Source of the DNA: Octopus vulgaris
Taxonomy: Eukaryota
NCBI GenBank assembly: GCA_951406725.2
Contig: OX597816.1
Span: 133,424,001-133,488,000 of the forward strand
Reading direction: 5' to 3'
Length of the DNA stretch: 64,000 nt
Shown here: piece by piece, positions 25,100-40,084 of the stretch
Layout of the letters: each line of letters opens with the position of its first letter
Numbering within the stretch: position 1 is the first letter of the stretch
Position numbers and translations under genes: made by a program
Notes under the pieces: model-generated
What the model saw: only the letters and a program-made list of their open reading frames with translations
Told to the model about the DNA's origin: nothing
Database searches by the model: none

Positions 25100-25346
25100 T
25101 TTTTTTTATCTACCCTTCTTCCTAGTTCTCCTGTCTGACCACCCCTGTCTGGCATTTGCCATGATTGACTGCTAGCCACTAAACCTTTTTTATTTTCTCT
25201 CTTTACTTATTTCTGTGTTCCTTTCTGTTGAAGAGCGTGAGCTCAAAATGTAAAAGACTTTCTCACTTCCCAAGTGTTAAACTAATACATCTGTTTGTTG
25301 TTTACACACCCATTTTCGTCTTTTGTTTTTTTTGTAAATTCCAACT
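25100..25346 (+). mobile_element. Penelope-like pseudo-LTR relic with decayed minimal hammerhead
   Basis: CTTT-CTGTTGAA-GAGC-GTGA-GCTC-AAAATGTA-AAAG at 25221-25256. Ends in a (TA)n microsatellite. Confidence 0.6.
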
Positions 25347-25378
25347 ATATATATATATTATGAGTGTGTGTGTGTATG

Positions 25379-25412
<34 letters not shown>

Positions 25413-25430
25413 TGTATGTATGTATGTATG

Positions 25431-25476
<46 letters not shown>

Positions 25477-25483
25477 CACACAT

Positions 25484-25546
<63 letters not shown>

Positions 25547-28070
25547 AATATAAGACGATTCAAATAAATTAGGAAAATTAATTATACATCTATTCAGTCA
25601 TTTACACAGCATATTTAATTTAAACCTCAATCCAACATATGTTTCTGCTGCATGGATATCTCACAATGTGATTTTCATTTGCATCCTGTTTATTCATTCG
25701 CATCCAGATTTCATTCAGGTTAAAAACATGTCCATGCAGCTTTATTTTAGATGTTATCATTAAAGTTTGAAGTGAACTGGAGTATAATGATTTAGACAGT
25801 CTTACATTTTAGTAGAGGACAGTTAGTGTTGAATGCAAAGAATAAGAGAAGTAACAAGAAATTTAATATAACTATAAAGTTTGTTATCAGATTGATCATT
25901 TAAGATGACCTACTAAAGTTTGATTCTTGAATCATGAATGCTAGAAATTAAACTAGGTCAGAATTAATTTCATCTACTAGCCTTAAGTAAAATAAATCAG
26001 TATAAATTTCAGTGATAGATGTATTCGATTAAGGGTTACTAAGTCAAATGTAATGTAAAAATATTAGAAACACAGAACTTAAAATCTTTACAATCTTAGA
26101 GATTACTTTTTACACAATCTCTTCTTTCTCTAGACTGGCAGAGATTAATGGAAGGGTAAAATGTGAACTGATAGAGTCAAAAACGTGTATATGTCTTTCA
26201 CGATTCAGTTTTCAACACTCTTATTTTCATTTTAGTCTTTGAAACTTTAGTAGATTGGCTACTATGCTTGTATTCATAAGCAAGTCTTTGTTTATCCACC
26301 CACACATTGTATCATTGCCTAGCAACAAATATACAGGTATAGGACTTCAGACTTTGAAATAAACTAAATAACTACAGCATAATTTATGCCCTTTTTTAAA
26401 TATATTTTGGTTATTATTATAGTTTTAAGCATTAATACATAGCCATGGGATATAAGCATGATGCTCAATAGGTTTAAATATAAGTTCTAATTTAACTAAA
26501 CATGTTAAAAATAGAAGCTTGTTTGAAATAACTTTAGTAATATTCTTTCTACGATAAGCACAAGGTAGTAATTTTGGGAAAGGGAACTTGTCATTTACAT
26601 TGGTCCCAGTGCTCAACAGGTACTTATTCTATCAATCCCAAAGGAGTGAAAGGTGAAGTTGACCATAGCAGTTTTTGAAATCAGAATGTAAACACAGACA
26701 AAATGCCACTAAACATTCTGTCTGGCATGCTAAAGATTCTGGCAGTTCACTTCATTACTAATTTCAGTGATAATGAGATTATAAAAGGCACAGAAATTTA
26801 GATATGCTAGAGAACTACTGTGTTCACTTTGCAATCTACTTTTTGTCTCCTGTACTGTATTACATGAAAATTCAACTTGATATGCATTTTAACATTTAAT
26901 ACTGTAGCTATTGTAATAATCTGTATAGTAAGAATTTTCTAAGCTATTTCCTTTACTCTAATTGTTCTAATATATCCTGAACTATGAACTGATTCCATTG
27001 AACTTTGAATGCCATTGTAAATGCTTATTCTTGATTATAGGAGTGAAATTTTATTTTTGTTAGTGAAATGAATAAATGCTGGAAAAATTGAAAATATAAC
27101 TTTCTTATGTATTTATCAAAATGCTATCAGTCTGCTATTTCAAACACTCAGCTTATTTTTCTTTGTTTTTTTTTTTTTTTTTTTCATTGAAAATGATAAC
27201 ATTTTCACTAAAAAGACTTTTGTGATGAATTTCATACTGGAATTTCATGGGAATTTCTTTATGCAAAGTGAAGCCAGGAACTACATTTGAAGTTAAAACA
27301 TGAATTGATTGATTAAAGAAATTAATCTATTCAGAAAATAGGAAGAAAGCAGGCAGTGCATGAGGGCAGAATCAATATATTATATATAAATATATTGTTT
27401 TCTAGTGCAATTTTTCAAGGACTGAAGGCCACAACCTGATAAAATAATTCACTGGAAGTATTATGTTATCTCTGGATCACAGAAAACAGTAGTTATTCTC
27501 TGATGTCTGAGTGAGATAATACTTGCTATATTTCTACAATTGAAGTAGGGATTACAATAACAATTTCAATGAGAGCAAAATATAAAATAAGTTCAGAAAA
27601 CTACTTCATCTAACTGCAACAAAAGTTGGTTGTATACACATGCAGATACAACACACATGCATGCATGTATATGTGTGTGTGTAAAGAAATCCTATATTAA
27701 CTTCAGGACAGAAGTATTATATATGACCTTTGGGGATATACAATTTGACCAACAAGTTTAGTATAGAAAGCTGATTAATCACTTGTATATCAATGGCATA
27801 CTTGATCTGATATATTGAAAAGATATTGTTATTGACATGAAATAGGAAAAGACAAGATCTAATCATTGAAAAAAATATAATGACATAATGTTGGAAGGTG
27901 CCTATCAGAGAAATAGGCATAACATGTCTTGGAGTGAGTTAATTCAAACTTAGGACTATTAAGTCTCTTATATGAGGTAATGCAGTTTCAATATACCATC
28001 ATGGAAAAATGGACATTATAGATGCAAGTAGGGATACGTAGCTAAGAAGTTCCCTTATAACCCATTGTGT

Positions 28071-28103
<33 letters not shown>

Positions 28104-28431
28104 AACACAAATAACGACACCAATGTTTTATGATTGGAAAAGGTAGAAAGAAAGTGTATGGAAGCTCATTGTGTGTGTGTGAATCTTGACAGTCCACAGC
28201 TTCACTTGTCACCATCTGAATAAGATGGTGATTTGATGTTTGCATTCTTTGCTGACATTCAAACCAGACACTCTAAACTTTTGGAAACCAGAATAAAGAA
28301 AATCCCCACTTGAAAAACAGTTAAGAATTGGTGATAGGAGATATGTCCAGCCATAAAATGTTACCTCAAATTAGTTCCTGTCTGACTCATGGTAATAACA
28401 TGGAAAAAAACAGACTTTAATTGAATGAACA

Positions 28432-28435
<4 letters not shown>

Positions 28436-28500
<65 letters not shown>
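28436..28500. repeat. (TG)n microsatellite
   Basis: Perfect run of about 65 bp. Confidence 0.97.
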
Positions 28501-28503
<3 letters not shown>

Positions 28504-31500
28504 TTGTGTATGTATATTATGTAAAGTGTTAAACACTTATAAAATGCAAATTAGTTGTTCTAGTTCTCTGAAGTTACTAGATTAGTTGTGTATATAAATG
28601 GAATGGCTGTTTGTTTCTCTGGAATTGGTTGGGTGATGCAGATATTTCTGATGAAACTCCAATAAGGTTCGAAAATCAATTGAGGATTTTCATCATTTTT
28701 TTTTTCAATTTACAGAGAAATAACTGAATTTGCCATGTTTGTATGTTTACTCACACACATATGCATGCACGTGTGCACATGCACACACACACACATGCAT
28801 GTGCTTGTGCACACACACACATACATGTGCTTGCACACACACACATGTGCATGTACTCATGCACACACACACACACATAGAGGCATACCTCATGTTGCAA
28901 TGTAGAATTCTGTAATACAAAACCTAATTTCTCATTGGTCTCCATTGTTCAGTATGATGGAACTCTTTGGAAAAAACTGGTTTCACATCTTGAAATTCCA
29001 GTTTTTTTGCAACATTTTCAGGAATGCAATGCTTGTGTAACACAGGAGATGCATATACATATGCTAATGTTTACACTTGCCTGACAATTGCTGTTGCTTG
29101 TTTGCACTCTTTTGTGTCACCTAACTTAATGAAAAATCTAATAGCGATTAATGAAATAAGTACTGGGGTTGATATTAACTAAACCAGCCCTTAAAGACAG
29201 TGTCACTAGCATAGCTAAAGTCTAATGACTGAAACTAGTAAAAGAATTAAAGAAGAAAACTAATAATAACTATGGTTAACAACAATGATATTAAGGTAAT
29301 GAATGAATGAATGACCTTCAGTGTGGTTGAATAACAAATCCCAACCAGTCAGGATTCACAGTACAGGTTGTACTACTCATCCTTTTGATTGTTGAATACA
29401 GAATGTGGCTTGTGAGGCCTCCGTTCAGGTGATTTTCCTGAGTCACCATTTGCAGCCGAGAGGAATGGAGTAATGTAAAATGAAGTGTTTTGCTGAAGAA
29501 CACAGCACACAGTTGGTCTGGGAATTGAAATCACAATCTCACAACCATGAGTGCAGCACTAACCACTAGGTATACATAAACACCACCAAAACATAGACAG
29601 ACACTCACATACATGTGATGAGTTTCTGCACACTTCTCAGCAATCCAATACTACTCAAAGAGTATTAGTCAACTTGAGGCTATAGTAGAAAATACTTCTC
29701 CAAGGTGACTCACTATGGAATCAATCCTAGCACCATCTAGTTGTGAAATGAACTTCACAACCATGCAGCTATCAATGAAATTTAAAAGTATGTGCTTTAC
29801 ATGACTGGCATGTATCATGACATATCTTGCTGTTATGATGTAAAACTCCATGGTAACAGATGAGAAAAAATATCTACGTATCTGTTGGGTGGACATATAT
29901 TGAATACTTTTGAAAGATATGTCCATGATAGTGCAATACATCAGATAGGACAGACATTTACATATTACTGCATATAAAGTAGGTTATGAAACATTCAGTA
30001 TATGTTGGTTATCATTAATAATAGTTGTCATGGTGTGTTAGAAGTATCGGCACAGTAATAAAATAATAACAATAGAAAATGTTCTTTTACTGATTTCATA
30101 AATTTCTTTATAGGAATTTTGTACTGTTGGAAGTGTCAGATGTGGCTTTTTTGACATTTGAGTTCAGTGGAAGTTAAGTGTCTGAAACATCATCTCAGTA
30201 CAAAAGCAGGAACAAAGACATGTTACTATTGACTCTATTCTGCTTGTAGCTAAGACTTCATCATCATCAAGTGCCATAGATATCTTGTTATCACAAGATT
30301 TAGGGCTAAATAGTCTGCTAAGTGCCTCACTCCAGCAGATGAAAATTCATTTTCAGCTGATTGAATTGGAACAACTTGAGACAAATCCCCTTTTCCAAAG
30401 GCACAATACACTGCCTGGTCTGGAAATAGAACCCATGACTTTATAATCATCAGTCCAACAGTTTAACAAGTCGACCACAGGACATCTCAACTAATATAAC
30501 TAAAATCCTCCTGTCATCTTTCTCAATCAACTTCTTCCCTCCCTACTCTTTCTCTCCTCTCTTTCTCTCTTTCTACATGCATGAGTATGTGTGTGTGGCA
30601 GGGTTGCATGAAATCAGAAATGCATTGTTTCTAGTTCCCTTGTTTTTGTCTCTGTTTTAGAATAAGTTCTCACTTACACAGTGGGACACTACCAGCATTT
30701 GATTGGAATTTGTTATCAATGAAGGGACAACTCCAATGCCATATCTTTTTTAACAGTGTATGTCCTAGAGACACAGTAAGAGAGACTCAATGTGATTGTT
30801 TCATCTGCTAGAAATAGCAGCCAAATCATCCTAATATAGCAAACATCCTATTGTCTTAAAAAATGGGAAAAGCCAAGAAGTTTTTAAAAAAAGATGGGAT
30901 AGTTACAGCTGAAATGCTTTTGACCATAGGGTTGTTTGATCAGGGTTGGCTTGGGGTTAAACATAAACGACAACATAAGGTGCAGATATGGTTATAGATG
31001 CAGGCATAGAAACAGGTGCAGGTATGGATGTGGGTGTATAGAATTTGCTTTATAACCACATGATTTCAGGTTCTATCTCACTGTGTGGCACCTTGTGCAA
31101 GTGTCCTCTATTGTAGCCTTGGGCTGACCAATGCCTTGTGAGTGGAATTGGTGGATGTTATGGAAGCTTATTGTACATGCGTGTGTGTGCATGAACATAC
31201 ATGTGTGTGTGTGTGTAAATGTTTACATTCTGTGTCTTTGCATGAAACCATTTGACCAGAAGCTGTAATATTATGCTGACATTGTCTGTTAATGAATTGT
31301 CTTATAGATCTGCATTTTCAAAATTGCACAAGAATAAAAAAGAAAACTCTTACTTGAATATCAGGTAAGGGTTAACAACAGGAAGGGCATTTGACTGTAA
31401 AATAATGCCTCATAAATAAATAACTATTTAACCTTTGCCACCATGGGAAACTGGATGTAAAACAAGTAAGCAAATATAATATTTTATGTATATCAATTGT

Positions 31501-32086
31501 TGTACTTTTATGTATCTTCACTAAAACAATAATGTAGATATTATTTATTTTACATAAAAACTAATAACTACTTTGAACTAATCTAAAAGCAAAAAGCGTA
31601 TATAATATTAATTGGATTTAGGCCAACTTTACTACTTTTGCTTGGAGTAGAATCATTAGAGCATTGGACAAAATACTTTGCAGTATTTAGTTATAATCTT
31701 TTATATTCTCAGTTCAGGTTCTACTGGTCAGCTTTGCCTTTCATCTGTCTGATATTGGTGAAATGAAGTACCAGTCAAATACTGAGGGCAATTCTATTGA
31801 TTAAATCTTCTCTACAACTCGTGTGTGGTAGAAATGGAAAGTACCAAGCTAAATAATTTATTGTTTTAATTAGTTTTACATCTTTTCATATTCTGAGTTC
31901 AAATTCAAAAGCTTAGTATTTTCTTTCCAGTCTGTGGATAAGTAACATCATTCTACATCTTAGTAAAAAGTCATGTTGTTGTTATCTCTGCTTACTACAC
32001 TACTTGGGTTTTGGTGTACTCAAGTCATTTGGTGACTGCTTCACCCTGTATAAATTTCTGTGGCATAATATATTTGTACCTCCCCT

Positions 32087-32143
<57 letters not shown>

Positions 32144-33015
32144 TTGGCATATTTGTAGACAACTTAGTTGTGGTGTATTAGTATCAAAAATAGTATCCAT
32201 TTCTTTGCTGAGCTTAGTTTTGATCTATAGACCTTTTGGTTAAGGCCGAGCATGCCTCCACTGTGCCACTCTACTCAATGAATAAGTAAGCAAATTTATA
32301 ATGAATTATTTCTTACATTGTCTGTTCTGGGTTGCATTAATACTATTATATCATCCATGTTATTTATTTATTTCTATGCACTGGACTGCTTCAAATGTAC
32401 AAAATATAGTAACTACATAATATATACTGCAGCACTGGGATGTTAATTTATTTACTGAAAGGCAACATTTCACTTTGCTAATAACTCCAAGAGTCACATT
32501 TGACAAACCATATGCATAGATGTATACATTGCAAATTTTTCTGGATGTCTCTTAATTTGCCATATCCAGATTAGCCTGAAGCAAATCAATTCTATAAACG
32601 TTTCCCCAGTACAACAGCAAGCAAGCTTGCTCATATATGTAATATAGTTGGTTGCTATATCTAGAACCTAATATTTGACTTATTATTCTTATTCGTTTTG
32701 CTCTCTCTCTCTTTTTTAAAGATATTAAGCATTCCTAGATTGAGATTTTTCTTCCTACTAATTGCATGAAAAATCTCTATTTACTGAAGATTTTCAGGTC
32801 ACTATATTATATGTATGAGACACTATGCCATGTGTAGCTAGCATGTAGAACACTTCTCTGAGGTACATTTCCACTACAATATTATCTATACTCATAATAA
32901 TTATTACTGTATTCCTTTCTTTTTCTGTATCTATACTGATCACTTCTAAATCTTACCAACTAAGAATATACTCTCCTGAGGAGATCTAATAAAACTTTTT
33001 TAACAGTTGACTTAA

Positions 33016-33212
33016 TCCTTTAGCATCTGAACCGGCCATATCCAGCCCAGATATCCTATCCATTTTACATGCAAAAAGGCCAGATCAACTTCTCATGCCT
33101 ACCCTACAGTGTCATTCTAAAAATACACAATCACATCATCAAAATCTCAAAGCTATTTGATAATGCATGAATAATTTAAAACATTTAACAGAGTAATCTG
33201 AACACTAAAGGG
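33016..33212. mobile_element. piggyBac-type MITE with TTAA TSD
   Basis: TTAA-TCCTTTAGCAT...ACACTAAAGGG-TTAA. A related inverted copy lies at about 36345-36556. Confidence 0.75.
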
Positions 33213-34391
33213 TTAAAAGACAATATTACTACTTTTATCTGCAATCTTCTGTTTTCAAAATACCAGTCAGGTAATCTTATTGTTGTTATCTGCTTTGCTT
33301 CGTCTTTTAGCTTATAAACACTCAACAAGGGAGTTTTGGTCTACAAATTCTTAGATAATTTCATATGATTGAAATTTTTCAACTCACTATATTACATCAT
33401 TATTTCAGGCCTTAGGTCAATATAAGAAACTATTAATGATAATGTTGGTTATATTACAGAAACTGTAGAGTTTTGGACAAACTGATTAGCTGTATATAAC
33501 TGCAACCTTTTACAAACTAAGTTCAAATTTTGAAAAGATTGGCTTTGACTTTCATTTTCTGTCTGGGAGGTGAGGTTAATAAATATAATTACCAGTTAAA
33601 TATTGGATTTAAATTTTGGCCCAAGGCCAGCCAGTTCAGAGGAAGGAGCTAGTTGATTACTTTAACCCCAGTTCTGAACTAGTACTTATTTTATTGAGCC
33701 TGAAAGGATGAAGGGCCATGTCAACCTTGGCGGAATTTGAACAGATGAAATACTGCTTAGCATATTGCCCTGTGTGATAATGATTCTCACCACTTTAAAA
33801 TTAGTTTGGGCAGAATTTGAACTCAAAGCAGTACCAGTCAAATACTGAAGATTGATTAAATCAACTGCATCCTTCTGGAAAAATTTCTGTTGCTATGTCA
33901 AATTTGGATGGGTTTCATTAGAAATACCAATTATTAGATGCAGGCATGGCTGTGTGGTTAAGAAGTTCACTTCACAACCATGTGGTTTTTGGTTCAGTTC
34001 CACTGTATGGAATTTTGGACAAGTGTCTTCTCTTATAGCCTCCGGCTAACCAAAGCTTTGTGAGTGAATTTGGTATAGGGAAACAGTATAGAAGTTGTCA
34101 TTTAGATGTGTGTATATGCACATGTTTGTATGCATGTATGTGTGTATTTGTATTTGCATCTCACTGCTTGACAAATCTATGTTGATTTTTTTCATCTACT
34201 AATGGCTGTGTGGTAAGAAGTTTGCTTCTCAACCACATGGTTTCAGGTTCAGTCCCACTGCATGACTCCTTGAGCTAGTGTCTTCTACTATAACCTCGGG
34301 CTGACCAAAGCCTTGTGAATAGATTTGGTAGACAGAAACTGAAAGTGTCCATTGAATACATAAATACACACACACACACACACACACATAC

Positions 34392-34650
34392 AATAACCGG
34401 TTTTTTGAAAATGATATCTTTAGTAAATTTTAATAAAATATGTAATTTATTTACGGAGATGTACTTACATAGCAAGTGACCTGATCTGAGAATGTGTGCT
34501 GAAACAAAAATAATTGCAGCGTGGAAGGTGCTTATAAGCCATTTAAAAACACACAAAAACTGTTAGATTCACTTCAACATTTAAATTTAATTTGTCAAAA
34601 TATTTTCGTTGCTTTGAAACTACAACCTGTTCACTGTTGTCAGTGAACAA
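34392..34650 (-). mobile_element. Penelope-like repeat end carrying a variant hammerhead motif
   Basis: Abuts a (CA)n tract. The minus strand reads GTGAACA-G-GTTGT-loop-GCAAC-GAAA-ATAT-TT-TGACAAA, and the repeat ends in the inverted junction TGTTCACTG-TTGT-CAGTGAACA. Confidence 0.55.
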
Positions 34651-35686
34651 AAAATACAGAACTTTTTATTAAATTATTTTAAATCATTTTATGTACACAT
34701 TAGTACAAATAACAAATAATGATTATAGTGGAATTCATAATATTATTTAGTGTAGGCATGGTGAGGATTAAGGGCATTTTTCTGAATAAATATTTATGTA
34801 AATAGTAAATAATGTGGTTTCTTTATAAATATGTTTAGTAAATTTCTATTATGATGATATGTGTTTTGTGGTTCTTCTATTTCTTTTGAACCTACAGATA
34901 CTTATACATAATATGAGTTTATTTCCTTTTAAAAAAAACTAAGAAACTTTTGATTGAATTTTTCACATACACATTAGTATGGATAATAAATAATGACTAA
35001 AGTACAATTTATAGAATAAATTAGAATTAATTATAATATTATTTAGTGTCGGCGTGGTTCGGATAAAGGATATTTTTCTGAGAAAATTTTTGGTGTATGG
35101 TGTAATTTTCTTAATAGTATAGAACAGAAAGTCAATATTTACTGTTTGACAATAGATTAATAACAAATTATTTCTGTTTTAAAATACCAACGTGCAGAAA
35201 TATACTTAAATTAATATTCTTAAATACACACACACATATTTTATAACTGTTATATTAGTTTTTGTTTTATTTTATTTTTTAAAATTTAATTATTGACGCT
35301 CACATTTACAAACATAAAATATATTGATTCAGTCTGTTTTACAATTTCAAACTTAACATATGTGATTTTCATCCAGTTTATTCTGTTGAGATTCTTACTC
35401 AAAAATTTCCATAATATGAATTTTTATATGTTTGTTGTTGGTTTTTGGGTTTGAATTGAAGCAATTTTAGGGATTATATTTTTTTTTATATTATAGTAGT
35501 AATTATATAATATTATGTTAATGAATTAACATATGTCAGTTTAAACTCTCCATTTTCCTTTTATTATTATAAGTTGTGTATACATACCCATTTGTATTGG
35601 AGAAAATTTTTTCTACTATATTAGGTATTAAACAATGAAAACCAGATGTTTTGCATCTCTATAAAAGGAGCTTGTTTCCTTGTATT

Positions 35687-35730
<44 letters not shown>

Positions 35731-38700
35731 GTGTGTGTGTCTTTTTGTATGTTTGTCTCCCACCACCACCACCACCACCACTGTTTGACAACCAGTGTTG
35801 GTGTGTTTACATCCCCATAACTTAGTGGTTCAGTAAAAGAAACCAATAGGATAAATACCAGGCTTTAAAAAAAAAATAAAGGATCAATTCCTTGAATTAA
35901 AATTCTTCAAGGCAGTGCCCCAGCATGGCCACTGTCTAATGACTGAAACAACTAAAAAATAGAAAAAAATACGCTAAAAAATAATAGTATGAATAATCCT
36001 TATGTACTCATAACCTGTAAATTCAGCAAAAGAGATCAATAGAGTAATTGGGGTTAATTTGATCAACTCTACTCTTTTAAATAATGCCCCAGCTGGGTCA
36101 CAATTCAGTGACTGAAACAAATAAAAGAATAAAAAAAAAATTATCTTCAGCCTTTTATTGTCATCACATTTACAAGTGTCCATGTTGCTGATGTTTAACC
36201 CTAGATTAGCCTTGATCCAGCAAACCTATGATCAAAATTTTCCAACCATGGCCATCCAATTCTTTATTCCAATGTAGTATTTCTAGGATTACATTATCCA
36301 ATGTGTTGCTTCCCTTCTTCATTTCCTCTTCTTTTATAGCTAGGTCCTTCAGCATTCATATTACTCCGTCACCTGTGATGCTTATTTATTCACATTGTTT
36401 TGAATTAATCATGCATCATGTTGCAGCTTTGAGATTTCAATGATGAAATTGTTTATGTTTAGAATGATATTGTTGGGTAAGTTTGAGAGGCTGGATATGG
36501 CCAGTTTGCACATAAATGAGTAGAATATTTTGGCCAAATATGGATGGTTTAAATGTGTTAGTTGTCGGACCACTGCATCCTTCAAAACTTCCATGCTTCC
36601 CGAGATTCGCCAACACTATACCTGATTTTCTCCGCTCCATACACACGCAAGCATGTATCTGACTTGTACACTGTTCACTTTCCAGACATTTGTACATTAC
36701 TGCATATACTTTATATGCACTTTTTGACAAGTTATGGTGCACCTGAGCACTGTATACAATAATTTCATTATATATTTTTAAAGGGTTAAGCTTAATCAGA
36801 AGAAGGTAAGTAGCAGTGACTCTTTTTAAGACAAGTGGGAATGAACAGAGGAAGTTATTGTCAAACCAGGGATTTAACTGAAATGTTTGCAATAAAATGT
36901 ATTCATTAAAAGTACCAGATGTCTTGTGGCAGTGTTTAACCTGACAAGATTACAGGGTGTGATCTAAAGGAGATTTTGACTGCTATTTCTAGCAGTGTGA
37001 AAGGTTGCATAGATGTCCCCACATTGGCGTATGGCATATGGTTATTTTAATTGTTAATTTTGTTATTAAATAGAAACAAAAATCTTATATCCTCTGCATT
37101 TGGAATCACTTTCCATAGCACAAATATATTTGGCTTGTTTAGCCATAATTCTTTGTGTCAAATTTGCAGCTGCTGCAAACTTTCAGTGCACGTGATAGGC
37201 AGCACACACAAGCACACACACACATTGAAACATGCATACACAGTGTTGCTCACATATTTGGGATGGTGCACGTGACACACAGCACACAAAAACATGCACA
37301 CACACTCACATACATGCAAACACACAGTTGTAAACATTGCTCACACATTTGAGATGGTACAAATGCCACATGTGCTCTCATATACACATACACACACACA
37401 GATTATGGAACAGATCTCCCAGAAAGCTATTCACCTGATAAATGAAAAAATAGAAGGTGAGTGAGTTAAAATGAAAGAAGAAATTAAAAAGTATATGGAA
37501 GAAGCTGCGAGAGATATTGGCCAAGCTGTTTTGAAGTTCAATCATTTTCTTTTATTCTTTTGTGGGTATTAGTCAATTTAACACTGGCTATGCTGGGGTG
37601 TAGTCAATTATATTTATTTCTTTATTGCTCACAGGGGGCTAAACATAGTGGGGACAAACAAGGACAGACAAAGCGATTAAGTCAATTACATCGACCCCAG
37701 TGTGTAAATCGTACTTATTTAATCAGCCCTGAAAGGATGAAAGGCAAAGTCAACCTCAGTGGAATTTGAACTCAGAATGTAATGGCAAGCAAAATACTGC
37801 TAAGTATTTCGGCCAGCATGCTAACAATTCTGCCAGCTTGTCGCCTTCATATTGACCAACTAGTATTGATGGGAAACTGATTTTATCAATCACAGAATGT
37901 TAGAAGGTAAAACCAACTTAAGCAAGATTTGAACACAAAACAAAGTGGGATACAACTTAATAAATACCACAAGGTATTCATATATCATCTACCAGTTCTA
38001 TCATCCACTGTCCATATTCATGATTTAACTATTGATTTTTACTTGGTATTCAAAGGAGGAATTAGGAAGAAAAGGATTGTTAGGGTGTTAGAAGTGGATA
38101 GTATTGTAAAAAGATTTGCAGTGAATAATTAATTGGTGTTTGAAAGGCAAAGTGGAACTCTGACATGTAGGCTTCTGTCAGAGATGATGTTGCATACAGA
38201 GTCATCTGTGTTGATAAAGGGTGGAGTATTTCGATCATGTGTTGGCTGGCAGTTAGGATTGATATCATATAGTAACACTTGAATTTTTGACAGTTTTCTT
38301 TCTGAGGGCGAAATTATAACTTTGGTATATCACTTATATTTTCTTAGACTTCTATGTTAATTAGTCAAACTTTCTTGAGAAATATTTCAGCTAAATTAAA
38401 CTGAGCAGTTGATAACAGAAAGAAAAAAAGAAAACTAAGCAATATGTAACAAATATTCTGAACAGAAAATATAGCTGTATCATTAAATGGGACTATAATG
38501 GTGGTGGTAGAATGAAGGAAGGAGGAAAGATGAAAGGAAGAAAGAAGGAAAATGTCTAAGTGGGTTGCTGGTTGTTGTCAATTGGTAGTGGTGGTCTTAA
38601 TTATTATTGGCAGAAGATTCAGGGTGGTATTGTCAGTGATAGTTTCAGAAGTGGTGGAAGGAATGGTAATGTTGTTAACCCCTTGTCAGCCCTGATTAAG

Positions 38701-40084
38701 GAGATCTAGGGTTGCTGTTGTTGATGATAATGGTGATGGTGGTACTGGTGGTTGTAATAGAATAGCATTAGCAGTGGAGATGCCTTCAGTAGTAATGGTA
38801 GCAATTAAATAGTAATGGTGTATGTATTTTTTTGTGTCTGTCATGATGAAATTTTAATTTTTTTTAATGATCTTGTTCTTGGCATGTTATATGCATACAA
38901 GTATTTTAGTTTCAACCATTTAATTTCAAAATGAAATTTTATGGTTATTCCAGTAATGATGTAAAATATCTACCAAAAAATTGAATTGGTATTTTTTGCA
39001 AGTCTTCATAAACTTGACATATCTCAATGAAAAAAATAGCTTCAAACATGTCAATATGTATATAATATAATGAACTTATTGTATACAGTGTTCAGGTGCA
39101 CTGCAACTCATCAGAAAAAATAACAAAAACTGCATGAACAGTACATAGAATATGTATAAGAAGTGAACAGTGAAAAAGTCTTTAAAAAAACCAAGAAAAA
39201 CACAAAAGATAGATTGGTATATAAAACTGCTTTTTGCAGTTAAGGGTATGAAATTTTGAATGGATATATCTGATTTCCACAGTAAAAGGAATAAATGCAT
39301 TTTCTAACATGATATTGTTGGGAGATTTTCTTTTTCAAAGTCCATTGCAAGTCACCTAAAAATCCACTGCAAAACACTACTAGCTCATTGGTCATAAAGT
39401 CCACCATCACTATGATAATAAAGGTACAACATTTGAAAGAGAAAAGGAGTATTTTTATGTGTGTTGTTACATTTTTTATTTTCATTTAAATTAACAACTT
39501 TTGAAATTCAAATCGGATAATAATACATCTTCAAAAGCATTCAAACAAAACAACGATCCTCAAGTATATTATATAAATTTAATATTTAAAAATTTTTCTT
39601 TATTCAAATATTTTTAAAAACAAACTGTTGAATTTGTCATGTGATCACTCATGAAAAGGACTCATTTCATTACTCTTTAGTTTATTGTTTCTATTTTAAA
39701 TTTACTCTTACTCTTCTGTTTTAAATTTTACAAATCTAAATTTTAAGTTTTACTCTTTTACTCTTTTTGTTTTAAATTTACAGTTTTCAATTTAAATTAT
39801 CATCAAATTTACCACCACCACCACTACTACTATAATAACCATTGCCTACCACTACTATCACTTCCACCAACACCTCATTGTTATTGATTGTGGCTTCAGT
39901 CAGACTTTACTGAACAGACATTTATTCCAGCTAGGTTTTTCTTTTAACATCCAGGACTATACTTATTGTTTTTTTTTTTTTTTCAAGATGGTAGGATGGA
40001 ATTTAAAGGAAATTTTAAGGATATATGGCTATTTTTAACTGGGTGGGGGAACTTATAGAGGTTCCTTTCAGCTAAATACTCTTA

